Shown here in pieces: positions 38,404 through 48,994 of a DNA stretch of 64,000 bases. A program made the position numbers and the translations under genes. The notes under the pieces are model-generated. The model was not told the DNA's origin. It did not search any database and was given only the letters and a program-made list of their open reading frames with translations. The DNA comes from Marsupella aquatica (Eukaryota > Plantae > Marchantiophyta): assembly GCA_973895155.1 (NCBI GenBank), contig OZ316893.1:12850359-12914358 (forward strand), written 5' to 3'. The first letter of the stretch is position 1; each line of letters opens with the position of its first letter.

Positions 38404-41400
38404 AATAATTTAGACGGCTGAATTTCAGGGCTGTTCAAACTAACTTGGGTTTCAACCTCACGTGCTGAAAGACCCAAATTCATCTAGAAGGTTATCTCCT
38501 AGTTGGTTTTGGATGTCCAAATTTATCCCTCCGAGAAGGGTCTTAACAAGAGCTGGCTCAGACCAAACTGGCACTAATTTGAACTTATCCTTCCTATACT
38601 TTCTAGATCGAATAATCTTCTTAGACTGCTCATACTGACTTGTTGACCTTTTGACGGTCCATCAGTCCAAACATAATGAGTAGCACTTGCTTTGAGTGAT
38701 TTGTAACCAGTTCTACCAATTTCAGTCCCCGATTTCCTAACAAAAGGGAGAATTACGGGGCTTCCAGTAGAAGAATCTGTGAAAACAAGCTTATTCTCTG
38801 AAGCGCAAAACATTTGGTCCAAGGGAGAGGACGATGCACCTGCCTCGTCCTGAGGGGGAGTATGGCAGCCACTAGCTTTCTTAGTAGAGAAAATCTCATC
38901 TAGTTGAGGAGGGCTTGGAATTGGTCTCGGGGGTCTCACTATATGGGGACCTCCCCATCGCCTGCGACGTTTTTAGGCCTCGGACCCCCTAAAATGTAAG
39001 AAAAACATTAATTTTTTAACCCCTATAAAGTTGGAATATTCTTGGAATATTCTAAAAATTGGATTAAAAAGACCCTAATGTTCTTATAAGTCTCAAAATT
39101 GAATTTAAAAGACCCTATTGTTCTTCTACAAAAATTCTTAAGTCTTCCCTTAGAACCAATAAAATGACCCTATCCTTCCTCGCACGTGATATGCCATTTT
39201 TGTGGAAGTGAAACCCCCGAGGAATTGGTTGGCTAATTGCATCCTGCAAGGTGGATTCCTAGCCAACATCCAAGGTTGAAGACTGTTCTTCATGTTGTGC
39301 ATCCCCAAGGTCACCCGATGAAGGAACACCTGGAACGTCGAGATCATCTCGAGCATCATTTCCAAATTCAGGCAATATTTCACCCTCCTCTTCCATGTAG
39401 CTTGTGATTTTCGAGCCCTCCATTTTGCGATGCTCTAAATTCTCCGCAAATACTTCCTCATAAACATTGGCTTCCATTGGAGCTATGTCTAAGGCCGCCT
39501 CTTCTATTACAACAAGAGGACCGACAGTAATTTCCTCAGATGGTAACGACTCCTTGGGTGGCACATATAAAACCTGCTTGTTGTCATGAAGGAGCTGAGC
39601 AAAGGCTTCTGTGAATTCCATCTCTTGAGCTGTGTCCAAATACACAAAACAATCACGACCAAGAATGACACAAGCTTTCAATGTCTGTCCTCCAGAGAAG
39701 AAATCCAACACTGTATGACATGGGCACGAGAAATAATCAACAAGACGCTTTGTCATTCACAAAGGCTTTGCTCTCGGATTTACAAAGCCACCACGCCGAC
39801 CGACCATCTCATAAGATGGGGCCATCTTCTCCAAAACTTCGACATCAACAATGGATTCATCGAGCTTGTCTTTCCCCTTTGATTGGTCTTCGTTGTTCCC
39901 AGTAGGGGCCTTCAAAGGCAAGACTGTGAAGTCTCTGTCCCACTTCTCACTGTAGTTCCAGAATGCATAAAAGTCATCAAAGAAAATTTGGGACCAGTCT
40001 GGTTCCTCTTCACAACAAATTCCCCCAAAGATGATTGAGTCTCGGGCTCCAATGAGAAAATCTCCCTCCTCCTTGGGCAGCTAATCACGGTAGTAGCTCC
40101 CGTACTCCAGCTTTGTGTGGACTTTTTTCTCACGATGAATCTTTTCAAAGGCACTCTGAATCTGGCCTATTATTGGGCCTTGACGGACAAAAAATATTAC
40201 TAAGAGCTCTGTTGAGTTCGCCATCTGCAAACAATACTCTAGCAAGACAAAAAATTTGGCATCTATCCACTGCCGTTGTCAAAGACGACCAAAATCGAGA
40301 ATGGAGAGTGGGCACTTCCTTTGCACCGAGTCAACAATCTAAAGCTTCATTGTCTTCATCAAATTATCACTAAAAAATGTGCGATAAGGAGTATCCTCCA
40401 TTGAAGGCAATCCGCCAAATACCTTGCAATATATTTGTTCAAGCCTAACAATGAGACTTTGCGGAAATGGGTCTTTTGGCCTATTTCTTTTTAGGAGGTT
40501 GGAAATCCAAACCTTTCCAGCAAGTTGTCTAAGTTTTGGCAACTCACCACGATCCATAAATGCAGGCAAAAATTGAGTTAGCTCAAACCAAGTGAGTGAA
40601 TTGGCAAACCGATCCGGATACTTCAAAACAAAGTACTCCACAATTTTTGCCCTCAGCTTGGTCATGACTTTGAAAGTACGAGCCATATCACTCATTGATT
40701 GAACATCAGATTTGTTGGCTAGGTCTTTCTTCAATAAAACCTTCTGTTATTGAACGGCAGTAAAAACTTTCAGAATGTCGTCACTACTCAGGTCTCCTTC
40801 AAAGCATCTAAACCATGCCGGCGTAATCATTTTTGTTGTCCGGGATTTCCCATTTATTTTTGAACCTAACTCCCCTAGACCATCCAGAAGAAGTCCCTTG
40901 ACCCAATCGATGCACATTTGTCTCCAAGTTCGGAAGAGGTTCTCATCCAAAAACAACAACCAAAAAATATTCCTCAGATCGGATTTTCCAGTCGTTATTT
41001 TGGCAAGGGCCATAAAATCCTGATCCAAACAGTACAAAGAAAATCTGAGGCTCGAGACGATCTCGAGGTAGAATTAAGAAACTATGGTAAAATTATGGGA
41101 GAATACATGAAGATAAATCAAATACAGAAACTTGACCTCGAGGCTCGAGACAATCTCGAGCTAGAAGTGGATTTGAGTTTGAATTTACCTGGAACTTTTG
41201 ATGATCCGTTAGTCTATTGGATCCAATCACGGGTCTCTCCGGACGGCCACACTTGTCAAACTGTCGACGGGCATGGACCATAGTATCAAGAAAAAAGGAC
41301 TCATACTCCATGGTCTTATTAACAGCATTTGCCCTTTGTGAGTGTTGAGCAAGTATTGTTCTTGGAGTTCTGTCCGAAAGAATTCGTGACTTTCGATATT

Positions 41401-44400
41401 GCAGACTCTTCGCGACCTCCTTCAACTTTGCATCGCTCTTAGCCTTTGCCGAGTGTTGTCCACTGATTGCAAGGAACTGCACCTTCTTACTCTTAACACC
41501 CCACTCGAACTCCTTTCGATCCTCAGCAGTATTCTCATAATGGAGCAACTGCAAACTCTCTCTTGAATACGGAATTAAATCCGCCATAGCTGGTACCATT
41601 CCAGGGTTTCTAACCATGGATTTTGCGACCTCCATGGCATGGTCTTTATTGAACATCCTATATACCAAAACTGCAGACGGAAAATCTATACTAGTGACAG
41701 GAATGTCAAAAGTTTCATTCATGCCAAATGTGTAATACTCCTCAATCTCCTTAAGAACTTCGGCTCCTTCCTTAACGCTCATTTCTCCCGGAGCATCTCC
41801 TGGAGTGCCATCATCATCGGTATGTGCATTCACACCCGAGGAAGATGCCGGAATGAGATCTACCTTGGGTGGCGTGGATTTTTTTTGAGGTGGAGCCTTC
41901 TTTGCTTTGCTTTCGGGTTTCTCAACCCTCTTCCTCTTTTGAGACACCTTTGCTTTCTTTTTGTCCAAACCTGACGTCTTGTCTCCCGCAGCTACAGATT
42001 TCAATTTACCTGTTTGTCTCCGATGAGACAACACCCACTTTTTACAAGCATCCTCGTCAAATTCTCCGGCTCCAAACACAAAATCAGAGGATATCAATTC
42101 AAACTCCCCCAATTTGGATTCCGACATTAGTCTCAAAACCTTTCACGTGAAAGGAGTCGTGAATGCATCATCACGATCAAACCCATACTTTCGACAATAA
42201 AGGAATCCAAAAATTATGTCCGCTCCAGATATTGGAGTATCTTCTAGCAAATTACTTGTAGTATAACCCTCGGGAAAGAACCTCATTGATATCACGCTCA
42301 GTTGTTTCCTGGCTGCACGTTCAATGTTAAGATCGCAAGAGTAGTTTTTGGTGTGAAGTCTAATTAGAGCCCACTTCCCTGTCTCGTGGTTCTCCACCGT
42401 CAAAACCATGTCCTTACCGTTACTCGTCACAATAGAAAAAATAGGCCCTAGAAGGCTGCACACTAGAGGATCGATTGATGGAGACCTCGTCTTCACACAA
42501 ATAATAGTTCCTTCCATGTCTTCAGTTTCAGCAAGCTCAATGGCCCAACAGAATCCAAATAAACCCTGTCCAGGGCAAGAAACCTTGATTGCATGTTCAT
42601 CTTTGACTACCAAATTAGGCGATCCCAATTTCGCACGTGGTACAGCCAAAATGTAGCAATTGTCAGAAACATGTACTACAAAACCAAGAAACAAATAGGT
42701 GGCTCGAGATGATCTCGATCTTCCTTTTAAGTTTAATAGTCTGACATGTTCCAATGCCATTTCATCCATGGAATTTGAAAAGAGATTTCAAACCCAAGAA
42801 ATCTAAAAAGATAACACAATAGGCTCGAGATGATCTCGAGCCACCATCTGTTTAAAAGATCTCGATCCTCATATATATCAGTTGAGGTTTTATTCCATTG
42901 CATATCATGAACCAGTCAAATTTAACGAACAACATTTTCAAGAATGATCCAATGTCACCTATTCGACCACATTCAAAACCCTCTAACTCAGTGGTTTGTC
43001 ATCTTCACAAACGAGTTGGAGGACTAAGAAAGTGGTCCAAAAGGCAAGCTTGGATCACAATGAAAAGGATATTAGTAATTGACGACATGGAGTCCTTCCA
43101 ACTGGAAGAAATTGGCCAAGGGATACGAATGACCATAAAGGAAGATGGTGAGGGATATATTTGGCTTGAGACAATCTCGAGCCTAACATGTCAAACGAGT
43201 GATCCGAATATCATATTCAACAATGAACATCATATTCAATCAATGATTAAAATCCACTTTCTCCATTGATTTCTGATACCCACAAACCCGTTCGGATGTC
43301 AATAATCAGAACGAGTTGGAGGGTACAGAAGTCCCTGGAGGAAGGAAATTTTAGATTTTTTGGATATGATGTTTCACTTTTGAAGGATAAGGGTTTCCAA
43401 CTTGAAGAAATCTCACTAGGTCACATGCAGGAATTTCATATTGGCTCGAGACGATCTCGAGCCTCATGCCACTTACATCAAATGCAAAATCAATTGATAG
43501 ATCACAACTTTTGAAGCAAAGTATTGCAGAAAACATCAATAGGCTCGAGATGATCTCGAGCCTCAACTGCACCCAAGGAATCCAGAAACAAGTGGACCAA
43601 TTGAAGCTCGAGACGATCTCGAGTTAAACCTGAACAGAACAAAGATGATGAATTACGTTTAATGGTGCGATGGATCTAATGCGCTGAGTCTAGATGGGTC
43701 TGAAGCTCTTCGCCAACGGTTGCAAGGTTGTACTCAGCGAAGTCCTCCTTGGAGAAATCTACAACAGTCGACATGGCTGGTGAAGAGAGGAATGTACTAC
43801 GGTCTGAGAACTTAAAAACAAATCTCAAGCCTAAACAAAATATCTCAACCCTATCGAAGCTCGAGCTTAAACACAAAATCTTGACCCTATAAAATCTCAA
43901 GGAAAAAACCTAATCTCGACCCTCTGCAATCTCGAGGCTAATACAAGGATCTTGAGGCAAGAGCGCAAAACAATCTAGAGGCAAGGAGGCAAGGGACGCG
44001 AGGAGGCGAAGAGGCGAGGAGGCGAATGTGAAAATGGGGAATTCAAAACCCCTGAAGCCACTATAAGCCCCTCGGGGGTCGGCCTTGGCCGTGCCAAGCG
44101 TGCCAGGGCTCGTGCAGGCTCAGGCAGGCTGCCACGCAACCTGCTGGGTGCGTACAGTCATTATTACGGTCACACATGTTGTCATTATTGTTATCCGTAC
44201 TTCAGCCCTGCCGTGAGTTTAGCCGTGACACAAGTTCAACGAAGCCATCTTATTGGCCTTTTTGTCTGTCAGGGTTTTATATATTGCTTCTCTTTGGTCT
44301 CCAGTGGGTCATTCTTCTCATTTCGTTTCATTGCTCGCCCGTTTCTCCCTCTGCCTCTCTCTCCCTCTCCCTCTCCCTCTCTTTGGCTCTAGATTTCTGC

Positions 44401-45427
44401 TCTGATCTCTTTCTGTTGTTCTTTTCAAGGGTTGTGGACTCTACGTTTGTGTTTAGGATATTTCGAGAAATTCTCATTTTAAGCCCTGAAGGAGGTCTAA
44501 AATAATTGAGCTCCTATCTTTTAGAAAACCAAACCTTTTCAGCTTATACTAGTGTCGGTCAAAATCCATTTGGAAGCCTTTTCCCTCTATTTGATGGCCT
44601 TTTAGAAGCTATTTCTCAGTTTCTGGAAGTAAACTGGGAGCCTACTTTCTTAATTGCACCAAATCATTTCTCTAGATCATCTAGAGCCATTTATATGTTC
44701 TTATTCTGGGTGGCTTATTATTCATAATAGTTTCTTTGTCAAATGCAATATCCTTTTTGGCTCGAGATCATCTCGAGTCATAAGTTTTATCCTCAAACTT
44801 ATTCACTTTTGCCTTCTTTCTAATGGTGCATTCGGTTTTCCTTCTTATAATTGAGTTTGTAGAGAGTCAGAGGTATAGAATCTGAATTCGCTATTCAGTG
44901 AGATTTCATATTTTACCTCGAGATCGTCTCGAGCTAAATACTTCTGAATTTTTACCCTTTCCTCACAATGGAGCCGATACCGTTCAGGAAGCATTGGACA
45001 CTTTTGTATTCTGGAATTTAAAGGATGTTACTCGGAGGAGTTCTTCCCAGGATATTCTAAACGACCTGTCCACACGGGATGTTTTTTCAAATTATAATTT
45101 CAAGGATTATAGTTTGCGTTCTAATTGGATGACCAAGGAGGTGGAATTGTATGCTGAGGATAATCGGACCAAAGTGGGGGTTGGCATCATCACAGTTCCT
45201 TTCAAGTCAGGTGCAATTGATGATGATGTTCTTGGACCAGATCACGTTGGGGTTGCTGTCACACCCGTGATTGACCCTCTATTTTTCCCAAATATCTCCC
45301 CAGGAGTGCTTGGTCTTGTTAGGTGGGCCGTCCGTTCACTTCTGCTGATATCAAGGGGTATTTTTCTTCTGGATCTCATTGAAGAGGTTTCTCCAAAACC
45401 AATTATTGATGATCGAGATCATCTAGA
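38240..45427. repeat. Dispersed 17-bp palindrome CTCGAGAnnnTCTCGAG (~13 copies)
   Basis: Copies start at 38240, 39337, 41051, 41144, 42703, 42824, 43165, 43445, 43544, 43607, 44761, 44917 and 45412; several carry 1-2 mismatches. Confidence 0.9.
39259..42769 (-). pseudogene. Transposon-borne ParB-like plus N4/N6 DNA-methyltransferase-like protein (~1100 aa), broken by in-frame stops
   Basis: ORFs 42143-42769 and 41093-42136 share one frame; 40747-41037, 40339-40734 and 39259-39756 share another. The two blocks join via phase-0 intron 41188-41020 (CAG|GTAAAT ... GGATCAG|GAT). ParB-like FLAISGQHS; beta-MTase-like VNPRAKP*MTKRLVDYFSCPCHTVLDFFSGGQTLKACVILGR. Further 5' exons probably extend to an ATG near 43773. 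Confidence 0.65.
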
Positions 45428-48119
45428 GGTAGATATGAAAGGTGACATTGAGTTTTCAAAGCGCCCGTATAATTTCATCAAGAGAACGAAGGTCAACCTA
45501 GATGAAAAAAGAAAGAAGCACTTGGAGTCTCGGGCGATACTGAAAATCACAAAGGAGGAAATTGACTCCATCCAAAAAGAAGGTTGTTGTAAGTTGAAGT
45601 GTTGCCTCAGCATGCCGAGAGAAGACCTACAGGCAATAAGGAGGGAATACCATGGGATGTCAAGCGACAACAAAACCAGTCACATTCTCACTCTTTTTGG
45701 CTGTAGGGAGAAGGAAGTGGATACAAAAGGATATTTCGTTGTAAGAAGTAGACTTGTTTGCAAGGGTGCATTTATTAAAATGCATGGATTCAGCACTGCC
45801 AAGTATTATGATTACAAAAATCAATATGAAGCAGGTTGCACGGTTGGATTCCACGGAAACAAGGGTTCACACAAGACACGGGGAAGCACCTTGCATGCTC
45901 GTGCTTTGTTGGAGTCCATTATAACCCAAAACGGAGAACCCATGCCGCATCTTCCCTATGGAGGGTCTCACGGGATTGACACGGTTGAGTACAGACTTCC
46001 ATCTTGTTTCACGAAGAAAGAGATTTTTGAGGAGGTATACTCAAAAATGGAATTAGATGGCTACATGAAGGTGAGTGAAAACACTATGTATAAACTCTGG
46101 AGTGAGTCCTTCATGAATTTTGACTTTCACAAGGGAAGTGCATTTGCAAAGTGTACACTTTGCACTGAGTTCAAAGATCAGTTGATGCGGGAGAAGAGAA
46201 AGAAAGAGCGTTTGGAGATTGAGGAAAGAAGAGCTCGCCATCTTCGTGAGCAAATGTCTAGGAGATATATTTACTATGCTCATAGGGTTCTTGCGAAGAA
46301 GGATCCTGAGAACTATCTTTGCATTATACATGACAAGATGGACCAGGCCAAGACATGGATCCCTAGGTTGGTCCCCACTCCTAAATCATTGTCTGGTAGT
46401 GGTCAATCGCTCCCCATTGCGCTCACTGGGATGTTGACCCATGGAAGGGATCCCGGAGTGTATGCTCACTTCAGTTTCACTGGGCTTTGGCCGGGAGATG
46501 CAGACTTCACAGTGACATCATTGGCCAAGTGCCTTAGAGATCTGGAGGATTACAAGGGGGACAAATCTGGAGACCTCCTTGAAGGATTATATTGGGCTGC
46601 AACGAGGCCAATTTTTCAATCTCTTTTGGACTTTGAAGCATTTCTCGCAGGTTACTTAGAACCCAAAAAAGTCTCAATTGCTAGATTTCAAGGAGCTGAA
46701 GATGACCAAGACTACTTTGGTGTTGATCCCAAGGCTACGTCTACCTCTTTCAAACCATTGCCAAGGCACCTGACCTTGTAAATGGATAATTCAGGGAAAG
46801 ATAACAAAAACCAGTACGTGATGGCATTTTGCAGTGAGCTTGTTAGTAGAGGGGTTTTTGAAACAGTGCAGATGTCGTTTCTCATGGTTGGTCACACCCA
46901 TGAGGATGTTGATGCATTGTTTTCAAAAGTATCCAACCAAGTGAAGTACAAGGAGGTTTCTACCCTCTTGGGGTTGATGGCTGAGGTTTGGGAGTGTGAA
47001 AGCATTCATCCTGTCCCACGGTTGATCCAAGAGGTTGCAGCTTACAAAGAGTTTTTGAAAACTTTGAAGGTAAAAGACATAGAGGGTCACTCAATACCAG
47101 TGGCATTTCTTTTCTCTATGAGAGATAATGTTCCAATATATCAATACAAAGCACATGTGAAACAACCTTGGTACCCTCCAACCGGAAGGTCCATTTGGAG
47201 AACTGATTCCAGCACCAATGCTCTCATTTTACCAGAAGGTCAACCATTTGCAAAACCCATCTCCGGGGATGTACGAGGCAAGGTTGAAGAAATCATCCCA
47301 TTCCTTAATCGTTACATTGAGTTTTTGAAGAAGAGTTGTAAGGATGAGACCTCTACAGCATATCGTGAGCGGTTTCCTTTGGTGAAATATTGGGAGATGG
47401 TGGTGCAAGTATTATCTGGGGAGCTTACAATTGAAGGGGAGGCAGAAATACAGTTAGCATTGACATATGAATTCTGGCCAAAAACCAACCACGAAACTGG
47501 TTACAAGGTTAATAGTACAGGAACCTCTGAACCATTGGGGGAGCCTAGTAGTAGTACACAGAATCCACAAATGGTGGAGCTTCAGAATGAGTACCTGGAA
47601 GAGATGGAGGATCAAGCTGCAACATTTGTTGGTGCTCGACACGAGCGAGAACTTGCACGTTGGATTCCTCTGCAGGACATTCAAGAGGGTCACTTTGTAT
47701 TTCTCCGTCCAGAGGATGAATGGGAAAAGAAGAATGGGAAAGAACGTTTCTGGTTGGTGAGAGCTTTGGGTGTTGTGGACCCAAACCATGAAGTTCCTTC
47801 AGGACACTTGCAATGCAATGAGAATTCTCCTACTAGTACACAGTATGCTCCTATGTTCCAAGTGCAATGGTGGAGGCCTAAACATGGTAAGCATGATGCA
47901 CCGGATCATGTGCGATATTCACGTTGCTTTCAAACCACTAAGACTTGGGAGGTGGATCCTGGGTTTGACAGTGCCACTGAATGTTGGCAATTTGCTAATT
48001 CTGCTATGTATGGATTCAAGTCACGCTCTAGAGAAGAAAATATAATTGATAGAGGTTTGACCATTCCCAAGAATGTTTTGAAAACACTCAAAACCTACAT
48101 GGAAGGGATTGTTGAGTAA
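44898..48119 (+). pseudogene. Sola-like/DUF7869 DDE transposase with one premature stop (TAA 46779-46781)
   Basis: ORFs 44898-46781 and 46782-48119 are adjacent and in frame. Motifs CCKLKC, KCTLC...H, IHDKMDQAK, HLTL*MDNSGKDNKN and FLMVGHTHEDVDALFS. The stop replaces the usual Q of LQ(L/M)DN. True start uncertain. Confidence 0.85.
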
Positions 48120-48596
48120 GTCAAATGTTTTTTAGTAGTCACTCTATCAGAGTGAGGGAGTCTATGTCATTTAGTTTGGAATTAGACATGTCAGAGTGAG
48201 GGAGTCTATGTCAATTAGTTTGGAATCAGACATGTCTTTAGTACTTACTGTTGGTTAGTACTAAGTAGTATATATATCTATTTAAGTAACTAATTATTAT
48301 AATATTTTGGGATACTAGTTTGATTAGGTGGAGGTAATTGGACTTGGATACCTTTATAATTTCTTTAATTAATTATTATATCAATACAGACTATATATTA
48401 CATGAAGTCTTAATATCCATGATAGGATGTGAGTGCCTCTTAGTACTGTCTAGTAGTAAACCTTAGTTTCAACTCGAGTTGCTTAGAATGTAACAAATTA
48501 CTTGTCTGAATGGATAGTAAGCCAGGTATCATTCAAATTTAATATATTAAATGCTCTCAATTAGTAACTAAGTAGAAGGTTAATTTAGCTAGCTAA

Positions 48597-48737
48597 GGGT
48601 AGAGATCATATTGAAGCTTTACTAGTTATATGGGTAGAGATCATATTATTTGAAGCTTTACTAGTTATATGGGTAGAGATCATATTGAAGCTTTACTAGT
48701 TATATGGGTAGAGATCATATTGTTCAAGCTTTACTAG
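48597..48737. repeat. ~35-bp tandem repeat, 4 copies, in the transposon 3' subterminal region
   Basis: GGGTAGAGATCATATTGAAGCTTTACTAGTTATAT repeated. Confidence 0.85.
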
Positions 48738-48969
48738 ACACATATTCTATTAGTCAAATTGAATCAATGTAAGTAAGTTCTACTTCTTATCCAACATATT
48801 TTACATTATTATCACCCAAATGTTTTTCTTTAGAATCCAAATTAATATTTCATTTTCTCCTATGTACAATCTTGATCCCCCAAATGTACAACTCCCACTG
48901 CCCAAATGTACAATTCTTGTGCCCAAATATATATTTTTTGGTGCCTAAATGTCCAAAGATCAAAGAATT

Positions 48970-48994
48970 TTCCAGTTTTAATGAATAGACTGAT
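48970..48994 (-). repeat. Right terminal inverted repeat
   Basis: Inverted match to 36481-36505; followed by CTAC. Confidence 0.85.

Larger units (their letters stand above)
36481..48994 (+). mobile_element. 12.5-kb Sola-like (DUF7869-type DDE) DNA transposon with cargo genes
   Basis: TIRs ATCACCCTATTCATTAAAACTGGAA (36481-36505) and, as reverse complement, ATCAGTCTATTCATTAAAACTGGAA (48970-48994), 23/25 identical. 4-bp TSD CTAC at 36477-36480 and 48995-48998. Internal transposase gene. Confidence 0.85.
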
